The notes under the pieces were generated by a model that was not told the origin of the DNA, made no database searches, and was given only the letters and a program-made list of their open reading frames with translations. Both the position numbers and the translations under genes were made by a program. From Myxococcota bacterium (GTDB lineage: Bacteria > Myxococcota_A > UBA9160 > UBA6930), in contig JANQOX010000026.1 of the NCBI GenBank assembly GCA_028285625.1, positions 17,825-81,824 on the forward strand: a stretch of 64,000 nt of DNA, written 5' to 3'. The stretch's first letter is position 1. Each line of letters starts with the position of its first letter. Positions 1 to 8,223 of the stretch are shown one piece after another.

Positions 1-718
1 CGTCGTAGCGCGTGGCCCAGAGTCGGCCCACCCAGGAGAACACGCGCGGCGCCGTGTCGCGCATGATGCGCGCGGGCGTCGGGTCGAGGGAGAAGTGCCG
101 GAACATCGACCCGAAGAAGCCGAAGTCGGCCAGGCTCGGCCGCTCGCAGAGCAGGAAGGGCTGCCGGGCCAGCACCTCGTCGAGCCGGCGCAGCGTGTCG
201 AGATAGATGCCCTCGACATGCGCACGCGTGTGACGATCGACGCCATCGCCGCGCACGTACAGGCGGCGCTGACGCGCGATCACGTAGCGCGCGGCCAGCC
301 AGTTCGGGACGCGCTCGCGCACCATCTCGCGCGCGGCACGCCCGCCCAGCAGCCCGGCATCGGGCTGGAAGCTCCAGCGATAGTGGAGCGCCGGTCGCCA
401 CAGCCACTCGTCGGCGTAGTCCTCGAGCAGCCGCACCAGGAACGCCTGCTCGGGATCGGGCGGAACCACCTGGCCTTCGGGGTGGCGCTCTTCGAGCCAG
501 TCGATGATCGGCGTCGAGTCCTGAAGCCACTGACCCTCGGGCGTCTTCAGGGTGGGCATCTTCACGATGCCCGCGTTCGGGGCGAGCACCTTGCGCGCGA
601 CCCGCGAGTCCACATCGACCCGCCGGAATGGGATGCGCTTGTACTGCAGGTACGCCTCGAGCTTGCCGCTGAAGTACGAGATGTCGGCGCGGTAGAGGTC
701 GTAGGCGTCGTCGCGCAT
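1..718 (-). CDS. glutathione S-transferase-like protein, C-terminal end outside the window
   Basis: Reverse frame is open from the window edge to ATG at 718-716. Own translation: MRDDAYDLYRADISYFSGKLEAYLQYKRIPFRRVDVDSRVARKVLAPNAGIVKMPTLKTPEGQWLQDSTPIIDWLEERHPEGQVVPPDP... This is a thioredoxin-like GST-N region followed by a helical GST-C-like region. It is missing from the ORF track only because its stop lies outside the window. Confidence 0.65.
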   Translation of the reverse strand, partial: MRDDAYDLYRADISYFSGKLEAYLQYKRIPFRRVDVDSRVARKVLAPNAGIVKMPTLKTPEGQWLQDSTPIIDWLEERHPEGQVVPPDPEQAFLVRLLEDYADEWLWRPALHYRWSFQPDAGLLGGRAAREMVRERVPNWLAARYVIARQRRLYVRGDGVDRHTRAHVEGIYLDTLRRLDEVLARQPFLLCERPSLADFGFFGSMFRHFSLDPTPARIMRDTAPRVFSWVGRLWATRYD

Positions 719-730
719 GCAGGCCCGAGG

Positions 731-1582
731 CTAGCGCCCGGCGAGCTCGGCCCGCAGCGCGGCCTCGAGCTCGACCGAAGAGAGGCGATGGACCCGCTGG
801 AGCGCGCGCTCGAGGTCGCGGGTGCGCACCCAGACGTCCAAGGTGCGGGCCAGGCTGGCGTCGCCGCTGCGCCTTGCCAGCAGGTCGACCAGGGCGCGCG
901 AAATCAGGTAGGCGTCGGCCGCTCGGGCCGGCGGGACCCCGGCCAGGTTCGGGCCGGAGAGCTGGGCGATCGAAAGCCACCCCCCATCGCGCGAAACCGC
1001 GGCGAGCCGCGCCCACTGACCCGCCGTGAGGCGCCGGGCACCGTGGGCGCGCGATTCGAACCACTCGGCGAGGCCCTCGTTCCACCAGGCGGGCGCCACG
1101 AGCGACGGCGCCCGGGCGTCCAGGGCGGCGTGCACCAGCTCGTGGTGCAGCGTGCGCGAGAGCGTGGTGGTGACGGCCACGTCGCCCCGCACCTGGATGG
1201 TGCGCCCGTAGAAGCCGGCCACGCCGAATGGAAAGAGACCCGCGAAGCGGGCGTCGAACCACGCCGGGTCCTGGATCCAGACGGCGATCTTGCGCTCGGG
1301 CCGCAGCCCCAGGCGCGTGTCGAGGGCGTCGTAGGCGCTCTCGAGCGTGGCCAGCACGTCGCGCTCGAAGCGCACCGAGCCGTGCCAGCCCGACGCGCGA
1401 TCGAGGTCGACGTCCTGGTGGAGCACGAAGTGAGGCGACTCACGGCGCTCGAAGCGCCCATCGGCCCCCTCCGCGCGCACCTCGACCGAGACCGCCCCGC
1501 ACACCAGCAGCCAGGCCACGGCAGCGCGCATCGCCCGCCATGCGGGCCGACCCCGGAGGGTGCGGCAGGTACGGGCTCTCAT
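731..1582 (-). CDS. secreted zinc metallopeptidase, peptidase MA (gluzincin)-like
   Basis: 283-aa ORF. HELVH is followed by WWNEGLAEWFE, with the Glu 18 positions after the second His, the M1/MA-clan HExxH...E layout. Signal-like MRAAVAWLLVCGAVSVEVRA; the internal ATG at 1531 is an alternative start. Confidence 0.8.
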   Translation of the reverse strand: MRARTCRTLRGRPAWRAMRAAVAWLLVCGAVSVEVRAEGADGRFERRESPHFVLHQDVDLDRASGWHGSVRFERDVLATLESAYDALDTRLGLRPERKIAVWIQDPAWFDARFAGLFPFGVAGFYGRTIQVRGDVAVTTTLSRTLHHELVHAALDARAPSLVAPAWWNEGLAEWFESRAHGARRLTAGQWARLAAVSRDGGWLSIAQLSGPNLAGVPPARAADAYLISRALVDLLARRSGDASLARTLDVWVRTRDLERALQRVHRLSSVELEAALRAELAGR

Positions 1583-1927
1583 GGCCTTCGAGCCTAGCCG
1601 GCGGCGAAGCGGTCTGGGTTGTGACCGGATCCGTCACGGGCCGGTGCGAGGATTTCCATGGAGCCGCCGCCGTCCCCCCGACGCCCGGCTCGCCCGGACC
1701 GAACCCACGACCGAGCCGAGACCGGAACCGCACCGAGTCCGGCCCGGGCGCGGGACGGCACGGGGCACCGGACCCCTCCCCGGCGCCTCGGGCCACCCCC
1801 CTCGGTTCGAGCGACGGGCGTCGGGCGGCGGATTTCCGAGGACTGTTGCGGCCGCCCCGATCGGAGCGGCGGCGGAGCGTGGGCCCCCACGCCCGCGCGA
1901 CCCAAAACGACCCCGGAGGACACCGTC

Positions 1928-3619
1928 ATGAGCGAAGCCGCCGCCCTGCCCGACCGAACCGATCGCTTGCCCACGCCGCCGGGTCCGCCTGGCGAGCCGG
2001 CCGTTCCCGACCGGCCCTCCGAACCGGCCGAGCGGGCACGCCACGCGGGAGACGAGCGCTCCGAGGCCACGGGCCGCAGCGCGCGCCCCGCCGCGCTCGA
2101 GCTTCGGCTCTCGGTGCGCGACCCCGAGGTCTGCGAGGCCGTGACGGCCCACCCTGCCGGCAGCGACCGCGACCGCTTCGTCGAATCGGCCCTGCGCATC
2201 GGCGTGCTGGCCCTGCGAGACGCCGCCGGCCGGGTCGACGCGGATTCGGTGCGGCACGAGGGCGAGCGCCTGATGGCCGATCTCACCCGGCGCCTCGAGG
2301 CCCATCGGCAGACGCTCTCGGAGCACCTCTCGGGAACCCTGCGCACCTACTTCGACCCCGAGAGCGGGCGCCTGCCCGAACGGATCGAGCGGCTGGTGCG
2401 CCGGGACGGCGAGCTGGCAGAGCTGCTGCGCCAGAAGGTCGGGGCCGACGACTCGGAGCTGGCGCACACGCTGGCCCGGCATGTCGGCGAGGGCAGCCCG
2501 CTGCTGGCCATGCTGGCGCCCGACGCCGCCGGGGGCCTGGTGGCCACCCTGCAAGACCGTCTGGCCGAGGCGTTGGCGGGCGAGCGCGAGCGCATCCTGC
2601 GCGAGTTCTCACTGGACCATCGCGAGGGCGCGCTCTCGCGACTGGTCTCGGAGCTCGATGAGCGCCACGACCTGATGGGCCGCAAGCTCGACCAGCGCAT
2701 CGACGCCGTGGTGTCGGAGTTCTCCCTCGATCAGGAGGACTCGGCGCTCTCGCGCCTGCTCGGGCGGGTCGAACACGCCCACGAGCGGATCAACCGCGAG
2801 TTCTCGCTCGACCACGAGGGCGCAGCGCTGGCGCGCATGCGCAAGGAGCTGATGACGCTGCTCGAAGAGCAACGCGGCGCGGCTGCGCGCTTTCAGGAAG
2901 AGGTGCGCACCGCGCTCTCGACCCTGCAGGCCCGGCGCGAAGAGGCAGCGCGAAGCACGCGCCACGGCGACGACTTCGAGCACGAGGTCACGCTGTTCGT
3001 GCGCGGCGAAGCCCATCGCTCGGGTGACGTCGCGAGCCACGTGGGCAAGGGCACCGGCGCCATCCGGCACTGTCGCAAGGGCGACGTGCTGGTCGAGCTC
3101 GGCGCCGAGGCCGCGGCGGCGGGCGCGCGCATCGTGGTCGAGGCCAAGGAAGACAAGAGCTTCGACCTGGGCCGCGCCCTGGCAGAAGTCGAGCAGGCGC
3201 GACGCAACCGCGAGGCCTCCGCCTCGCTGTTCGTCTTCTCGAAGCAGTCGGCACCCGAAGGCCTCGAGCCGCTGGCCCGCTATGGGCCAGACGTCGTGGT
3301 CGTCTGGGATGCCGACGACCGCGCGAGCGACGTGTTCTTGCGCGCAGGCCTCTCGGTCGCGCGTGCACTGGCCACCCGCGCGCCCGGCTCCGACCCCGAG
3401 CGCGACGCCGATCTGGGCGCCATCGATGCTGCCATTCTCGAGATCGAGCGCCAGGCCGGCGGGCTGGACGAGATCCGCACCGCGGCCGAGACCGCACGCA
3501 AGGCGGCCATTCGCATCGACGACCGCGCGCGCATCGTGCGCGACGGGCTGTCGTCGCAGGTGGTGGTGCTCACCGAGCGGGTCGGCGACCTGCGGCGGGC
3601 GGAACGGACCGTGGAATGA
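1928..3619 (+). CDS. hypothetical coiled-coil protein with C-terminal PD-(D/E)xK-like (restriction-endonuclease-fold) core
   Basis: ORF 1658..3619 trimmed to ATG 1928, which follows GGAGGA (1915-1920). Long Glu/Arg/Leu-rich helical centre with three EFSLD...ALSR(L/M) repeats. The C-terminus reads GDDFEHEV...KGDVLVEL...IVVEAKEDKSF...SASLFVFS, giving D 3083-3085 and E-A-K 3140-3148. The architecture is reminiscent of RmuC/DUF2130. Confidence 0.7.
   Translation: MSEAAALPDRTDRLPTPPGPPGEPAVPDRPSEPAERARHAGDERSEATGRSARPAALELRLSVRDPEVCEAVTAHPAGSDRDRFVESALRIGVLALRDAAGRVDADSVRHEGERLMADLTRRLEAHRQTLSEHLSGTLRTYFDPESGRLPERIERLVRRDGELAELLRQKVGADDSELAHTLARHVGEGSPLLAMLAPDAAGGLVATLQDRLAEALAGERERILREFSLDHREGALSRLVSELDERHDLMGRKLDQRIDAVVSEFSLDQEDSALSRLLGRVEHAHERINREFSLDHEGAALARMRKELMTLLEEQRGAAARFQEEVRTALSTLQARREEAARSTRHGDDFEHEVTLFVRGEAHRSGDVASHVGKGTGAIRHCRKGDVLVELGAEAAAAGARIVVEAKEDKSFDLGRALAEVEQARRNREASASLFVFSKQSAPEGLEPLARYGPDVVVVWDADDRASDVFLRAGLSVARALATRAPGSDPERDADLGAIDAAILEIERQAGGLDEIRTAAETARKAAIRIDDRARIVRDGLSSQVVVLTERVGDLRRAERTVE
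2600..2839 (+). repeat. three imperfect 45-nt coding repeats, (R/S)EFSLD-x3-4-(G/S/A)AL(S/A)R(L/M)
   Basis: Copies at 2600-2644 (REFSLDHREGALSRL), 2714-2758 (SEFSLDQEDSALSRL) and 2795-2839 (REFSLDHEGAALARM). Conservation is at the peptide level, with synonymous differences between copies. Confidence 0.85.
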
Positions 3620-3680
3620 GGCCAGGGGCCGAACGCATCGTCGGGTGAGACCAGGGCCGGAACGACGCTAGGCTGGCGGC

Positions 3681-4631
3681 GTGACCACCCCGACGGCCCC
3701 GCAGGCTCCGGCAGCCTCTCCCACGGCGCTGCGCGCCCTGCTGCCCTGGACTTCGTTCTGGGCGGTGATGGGCGTCTCGTTCGGGGCGGCCGCATGGGCG
3801 ACGGGTGGCGAGCCGCTCTCGGCGGGCGTCGCATCGGCCATGACGGTGGCCAACACGTTTCTGGTGGCGATCGTCGAGCAGCTGCTGCCGCGCAAGGCGC
3901 ACGCCAACCTGCTGCGCGACCGGCAGTCGCTGAACGACATCGGGCACGGGGTGCTCTTCACGTTCGTGGGCCGGCCCCTGGCGGCCGCGGTGGGCATCGC
4001 GTTCGTGGCCTTCGTGTCGCAGCGGTTCGAAGGGCTCTCGGCCCTCTGGCCGGTGGGCCTGCCGCTGCTCGCGCAGCTGGCCCTGGCGCTCCTGCTGCTC
4101 GACCTGGCCAACTACGGCTTCCACCGCGCGCTGCACCGGGTGCCCCGGCTCTGGTGGTTCCACGCGGTGCACCACGACACGCGGCAGATGCATCTGCTCA
4201 AGTCCGGCCGCCTGCACATCGGCGAACAGGTGCTGCAGTTTCTGGTGGTGGCTACGCCGCTGCTGCTGCTGGGCTGTCCCACCGAAGTCATGCTCTGGCT
4301 CGGGCTCTGGACGGTCTTCGAGGGCAACCTCGCCCACTCGAACCTCGACCAGCGGTTCCCCGCCTGGCTGCACTACGTGATGCCCAACGTGCACCTGCAC
4401 TACGTGCACCATGCCGAAGACCCCGAGCTGCACGACGCGAACTTCGGGGGCCTCCCGCTCTGGGATCTGGTGTTCGGCACGTTCCGCCACCCGGACCGCA
4501 ACCCGGTCGAGGCGACCGGCCTGCCCGGCGACCCGGTGCCGCCGGGCTTTCTGGCCCAGGTCTGGTTCCCGTTCCGCGCCCAGCGCCAGCCGCCCGACGT
4601 CAGCCGAGGAGCGGCGGAAGCAGCTCGCTGA
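3681..4631 (+). CDS. fatty acid hydroxylase / sterol desaturase superfamily membrane protein
   Basis: 316-aa ORF with GTG start. Several hydrophobic helices. His boxes HRALH, HAVHH and HYVHH. Confidence 0.88.
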   Translation: MTTPTAPQAPAASPTALRALLPWTSFWAVMGVSFGAAAWATGGEPLSAGVASAMTVANTFLVAIVEQLLPRKAHANLLRDRQSLNDIGHGVLFTFVGRPLAAAVGIAFVAFVSQRFEGLSALWPVGLPLLAQLALALLLLDLANYGFHRALHRVPRLWWFHAVHHDTRQMHLLKSGRLHIGEQVLQFLVVATPLLLLGCPTEVMLWLGLWTVFEGNLAHSNLDQRFPAWLHYVMPNVHLHYVHHAEDPELHDANFGGLPLWDLVFGTFRHPDRNPVEATGLPGDPVPPGFLAQVWFPFRAQRQPPDVSRGAAEAAR

Positions 4632-5358
4632 TCGAGCCGCGCAGCATGACGTCGGCCAGCCCATCCATCTCGGTGGGCTCCGCGTTCAGGATCACCACCG
4701 CGGCGCCCATCTGCTTGGCCACCGGGACCACACCCGCGATCGGGTAGACGCCCAGCGTCGTGCCGATGGCGAGAACCAGGTCGCAGCTTCGCGCGGCGCG
4801 CTCGGCGCGCGCCAGGTCGTCCGCCACCAGCCCCTGGCCGAACGAGATCGTGGCCGACTTGAGCACGCCGCCGCAGCTTCGGCACGCCGGATCGAGGTCG
4901 CCCTCGGCCACTCGCGCGAAGACGCGATCGATGGGGCCGCGGTCGTCGCACCCCATGCACATGTATTCGCGCATGGTGCCGTGGATCTCGACGATACGAT
5001 CCGGATCGCTGCCGGCCTCGTGATGCAGGCCGTCCACGTTCTGCGTGATCAACAGGTCCAGTTTGCCCTGCTCTTCGAGGCGCAGCAGCGCCCGATGGCC
5101 GAGGTTCGGTTCCCGCCGGGTGCGCGAACCCTCCAGCTTCATCTGCCAGGCGCGCTCGCGCAGGCTGGCGTCGGCCATGTAGTACTGGATGTTGGACATC
5201 TTCTCGGCCTCGGGGTTCTTCGTCCAGACCCCCTGCGGCCCGCGAAAGTCGGGGATCCCCGAGTCGGTCGAGATTCCGGCACCGGTCAAGACCACCACGC
5301 GCTCGGCGGCGGCGAGCAGTTGGCGGCCGGCCGCCAGGTTGGGCTCGGTCATGGGCAC
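4600..5358 (-). CDS. cobB: NAD-dependent protein deacylase, Sir2 family
   Basis: GAGISTDSGIPDFRG, QNVDGLH, catalytic EIHG, and Zn ribbon CMGC...CRSC. 252 aa. Its 3' end overlaps the convergent 3681..4631 gene by 32 nt. Confidence 0.92.
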   Translation of the reverse strand: MPMTEPNLAAGRQLLAAAERVVVLTGAGISTDSGIPDFRGPQGVWTKNPEAEKMSNIQYYMADASLRERAWQMKLEGSRTRREPNLGHRALLRLEEQGKLDLLITQNVDGLHHEAGSDPDRIVEIHGTMREYMCMGCDDRGPIDRVFARVAEGDLDPACRSCGGVLKSATISFGQGLVADDLARAERAARSCDLVLAIGTTLGVYPIAGVVPVAKQMGAAVVILNAEPTEMDGLADVMLRGSISELLPPLLG

Positions 5359-5502
5359 CTCGAGAACGTTCGCCGTTCGATCATGGCACGGGCCGTCGAG
5401 CGACGCGACGGCCGCGCCATCGGGTGCTGCAGGCCGGCATACGACGGAGATGCCTCGTGGCCGGATCCTGCTAGGGTGACGCCGCGCAAGGGAGGGGATC
5501 CC

Positions 5503-6279
5503 GTGGCAAAGGCTCGCGAGGTCTGGCAGAGCAAGGGGCTGCGGGGATTCCTCCGCTGGGTGGTCGTGAAGCGGATCGGCAAGCCGCTGTTTCGCCGTAT
5601 GGACTCCGTCTTCGCGCGCACGAGCCTGGTGGGCAACGACCCCGTCCTCGATCCGGGCCTGTTCGCGTTCACGGCCAAGCTCGAGTCGTCGTGGGAGACG
5701 GTCCGAGACGAGCTGCTACCCCTGCTCGCCGAGCGCGAGCACATCCCGCCGGTTCGTAGCCTGCAGCCGGACCAGGACAAGACCGCGCGCGACGACGGCT
5801 GGCGCAGCTTCGTCCTGCACGGCTACGGCTTCCGCTCGGACTACGGCTGCGAGCGCTGTCCTGAAACCACGCGGCTGCTCGAGTCGGTGCCGGGGCTCAC
5901 CAGTGCCTTCTTCTCGGTTCTGGCGCCCGGCACACACATCGCGCGCCACGCCGGCGTCACCAAGGCGGTCGTGCGCTGCCATCTGCCGCTGGTGGTCCCG
6001 CGCGACGCCGAGAAGTGCCGGATGGTGGTGCGCGACGAGCTCGTCGTCTGGCAGGAGGGCCACTGCGTCTACTTCGACGACAGCGAGAAGCACGAGGTGT
6101 GGAACGACACACCCGAGGAACGGGTCGTGCTGATCTTCGATTTCTACCGGCCCATGCGCGCGCCGGGCCCGCTCTTCGGTCGGCTGCTGCACGCGATCCT
6201 CCGCGTGAGCCCGTTCGTACGCACCTCTCGACGCAACCTGGAACGCTGGGAGGCGGAACGCCTGGCCGAGGCCGCCTAG
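5503..6279 (+). CDS. aspartyl/asparaginyl beta-hydroxylase family protein (LpxO/OlsC-like)
   Basis: ORF 4411..6279 trimmed to in-frame GTG 5503, which follows GGAGGGG (5491-5497). Reads ...WRSFVLHGYG...GTHIARHAGVTKAVVRCHLPLVVP...VWQEGHCVYFDDSEKHEVWNDT...RVVLIFDF. The upstream part of the tracked ORF is antisense to cobB. Confidence 0.82.
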   Translation: MAKAREVWQSKGLRGFLRWVVVKRIGKPLFRRMDSVFARTSLVGNDPVLDPGLFAFTAKLESSWETVRDELLPLLAEREHIPPVRSLQPDQDKTARDDGWRSFVLHGYGFRSDYGCERCPETTRLLESVPGLTSAFFSVLAPGTHIARHAGVTKAVVRCHLPLVVPRDAEKCRMVVRDELVVWQEGHCVYFDDSEKHEVWNDTPEERVVLIFDFYRPMRAPGPLFGRLLHAILRVSPFVRTSRRNLERWEAERLAEAA

Positions 6280-6328
6280 TGGGCCGAGGCGACTTGCCGA
6301 ACCCCGCCAGGGCGGGAACGACCGCGCG

Positions 6329-7123
6329 ATGACACCCGGCGTGGTGGTGGTGACCGGGGCCTCGTCGGGAATCGGCCGCAGCCTGGCGCGCCGGCTCGCG
6401 CGCGACGGCAGGCCGGTTGCAGTGCTGGCACGGCGGGGAGAACTGCTCGACACCCTGGTGGCCGAGATCACGTCGGATGGCGGCCGCGCCCTGGCGCTGG
6501 TCTGTGACGTCACGAAGGGGCCCGAGGTCCACGAGGCCATGGCGCGGATCGAGCGCGAACTCGGGCCGATCGAGACCCTGGTCGCCAATGCGGGCGGCAG
6601 CGACCCGACCTTCGTCGACGACTTCCGGGCGTCGCACATCGAGGCGACCGTGGCGCTCAACCTGATGGGCGTGGCCCACTGCGTGGAGGCGGTGCTGCCG
6701 GGCATGCTCGAGCGTGGCCACGGCCACCTGGTGGCCGTGAGCAGCCTCGCCGCCTACCGCGGCCTGCCGACCGCCGCCGCCTACTCTGCCGCAAAGGCCG
6801 CGCTCACGAACCTGATGGAGAGCCTACGCGTCGACCTGCGACCGCGCGGTATCGCGGTCACCACCCTGGCGCCGGGTTTCGTACGCACCAAGCCCAACCA
6901 GAACAAGCGCAAGCGCAACAAGCCCCTGCGTTGGGACCTCGAACGCGCGACCGAGCGCATGGCGGGGGCCATTCGCAGCCGCAAGGCCTACGACGCGTTC
7001 CCCTGGCCGATGGTCCTGCTACTGGGTGCCACGCGGTTGATGCCGCGGCGGCTCTTCGACGCGATCGTCGCCGGGCGGGGACGCAAGCCCAAGCCCGACC
7101 GCGCCTCGAAGCTCGGGGGCTGA
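6329..7123 (+). CDS. SDR family oxidoreductase
   Basis: TGASSGIG cofactor motif, NAG, catalytic YSAAKAA. 264 aa. Confidence 0.92.
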   Translation: MTPGVVVVTGASSGIGRSLARRLARDGRPVAVLARRGELLDTLVAEITSDGGRALALVCDVTKGPEVHEAMARIERELGPIETLVANAGGSDPTFVDDFRASHIEATVALNLMGVAHCVEAVLPGMLERGHGHLVAVSSLAAYRGLPTAAAYSAAKAALTNLMESLRVDLRPRGIAVTTLAPGFVRTKPNQNKRKRNKPLRWDLERATERMAGAIRSRKAYDAFPWPMVLLLGATRLMPRRLFDAIVAGRGRKPKPDRASKLGG

Positions 7124-7135
7124 GACCGGGCCCGA

Positions 7136-7654
7136 CTACGGCTTCGGCACGTCGCGGTCGAGCACGGTCTTGCGGCCGTCGCGCTCGGCGTTGCGGATGG
7201 CCTGGTCGGCCACCTGCCGCAGGATCTCGGACAACGGGCCGAGTACGCCGTCGGAGGTGTTCATGCCGCTGCGGGCACGCACGTAGTCCTTGAGGCGGCT
7301 CGCGACCACCAGCACTTCGCGCGGCACGTCGTCCTGGGGCGGCGTTTCGGCCGGCCGCACGAGCCGGCGTCGCGGCGCGCGAGCGCCGGCCTTCGGGGCC
7401 GAGAAGGCAGCCGGCGCACGCGCCGGCTTCGGGGCGGGGGCCGCCGCGTCGGGCCGCGCCGGGGCCTGCTTCTCCACGGCCCAGGCCTCGCGGTGGCGCG
7501 CTTCGGGCAGGTGCACCTCCCAGCAGCTGACCGAGCAGAAGACGAGCGCGGTCCGCACGCGATTGCAGGTCGACACGTTGCAGGCCCAGTACGGGGCGCG
7601 CAGGGCGATCGGCTCCTTGCAAGCGCTGCATCGCCGCCAGGCGTCGTCCGTCAT
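7136..7654 (-). CDS. zinc-finger / bacterial histone-fold fusion protein (ZZ-histone-like)
   Basis: The N-terminus has C9-x2-C12, C25-x4-C30, C40-x3-C44, H48 and H54. An Ala/Pro/Lys/Arg-rich linker follows. The C-terminus reads EVLVVASRLKDYVRARSGMNTSDGVLGPLSEILRQVADQAIRNAERDGRKTVLDRDV, which has the VLVV.S..K......MNTS....L........A...GRKTV...D pattern of bacterial histone-fold (DUF1931-like) proteins. Confidence 0.7.
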   Translation of the reverse strand: MTDDAWRRCSACKEPIALRAPYWACNVSTCNRVRTALVFCSVSCWEVHLPEARHREAWAVEKQAPARPDAAAPAPKPARAPAAFSAPKAGARAPRRRLVRPAETPPQDDVPREVLVVASRLKDYVRARSGMNTSDGVLGPLSEILRQVADQAIRNAERDGRKTVLDRDVPKP

Positions 7655-7725
7655 CCGTACCTCCGCAGTCGGGCCGAAAGCGTAGCGGCCCGCTGCGCAG
7701 CGGGGCGAGCCGCTAGGCTGCCGGC

Positions 7726-8178
7726 GTGTTCGAGATCTTCGTCGACGCCGACGCCTGCCCCGTGAAGGACGAGATCTATGCCGTGGCTGCGCGCTACGGC
7801 ATCGGCGTGGTCGTGGTCGCCAACCAGCGGATCGGGGTGCCCCATGGACTGGGGATCGAGACCGTGGTCGTGGGCCGCGAGCCCGATGCCGCCGACGACT
7901 GGATCGCCGAGAGCGTCGAGCCGGGCGACATCGTGATCACGGCCGACATCCCGCTCGCTGCCCGGTGTCTCGAGCGGCAGGGCCATGCCCTGGGCACCGA
8001 CGGCCGCCCGTTCACCGAAGACATGATCGGCGGCGCCCTGGCCACGCGCGAACTCAAGCGCGAGCTACGCGAACGAGGCGTCACGTCAGGGGGGCCTCGG
8101 CCGCTGTCCGCGCGCGACCGCCGCCGCTTCGTCGACGCCCTCGATCGCCTGGTCCAGCAGGGGCTCAGCCGAGGCTGA
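7726..8178 (+). CDS. yaiI: YaiI/YqxD family protein (UPF0178/DUF188)
   Basis: 150 aa. MFEIFVDADACPVKDEI..., ...DIVITADIPLAARCL... Confidence 0.88.
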   Translation: MFEIFVDADACPVKDEIYAVAARYGIGVVVVANQRIGVPHGLGIETVVVGREPDAADDWIAESVEPGDIVITADIPLAARCLERQGHALGTDGRPFTEDMIGGALATRELKRELRERGVTSGGPRPLSARDRRRFVDALDRLVQQGLSRG

Positions 8179-8223
8179 ACCGAGTCGCGCTACCCAGGCC
8201 GAGCCCGGGGGTATCGGTTCAGC
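8174..8223. repeat. 10-bp inverted repeat spanning both stop codons of convergent genes (possible bidirectional terminator)
   Basis: GCTGAACCGA (8174-8183) pairs with TCGGTTCAGC (8214-8223) across a 30-nt loop. The arms contain the TGA of yaiI and the TCA (TGA on the minus strand) of the transporter. No U-tract. A repeat of this size is not statistically unusual in GC-rich DNA. Confidence 0.3.

Noticed and set aside
95-1597. Plus-strand 500-aa ORF, and overlapping ORFs 1228..2661 and 1634..2554.
   Set aside because: They are antisense to, or offset from, the GST-like and HExxH peptidase genes. Their composition is low-complexity Arg/Pro/Gly. The opposite frames carry real family motifs.
1658-1927. 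N-terminal extension of the coiled-coil/nuclease-like gene from ATG 1658.
   Set aside because: The extension is Pro/Arg/Gly-rich and has no RBS. ATG 1928 has a GGAGGA 7 nt upstream. The longer form cannot be excluded without expression data.
4600-5358. Sir2 protein as a possible anti-phage (defence-type SIR2) effector next to the nuclease-like gene.
   Set aside because: It has the full canonical sirtuin/CobB motif set and Zn ribbon, is of normal size, and has no fused or adjacent sensor domain. It is separated from the nuclease-like gene by an unrelated desaturase-family gene and lies on the opposite strand.
7683-7715. Perfect 12-bp palindrome CGCTGCGCAGCG (7691-7702), flanked by TAGCGGC/GCCGCTA, in the divergent region between the histone-like gene and yaiI.
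   Set aside because: GC-only palindromes of this length are expected by chance many times in a window of this composition. The inner and outer repeats are not concentric. There is no supporting evidence for an operator.
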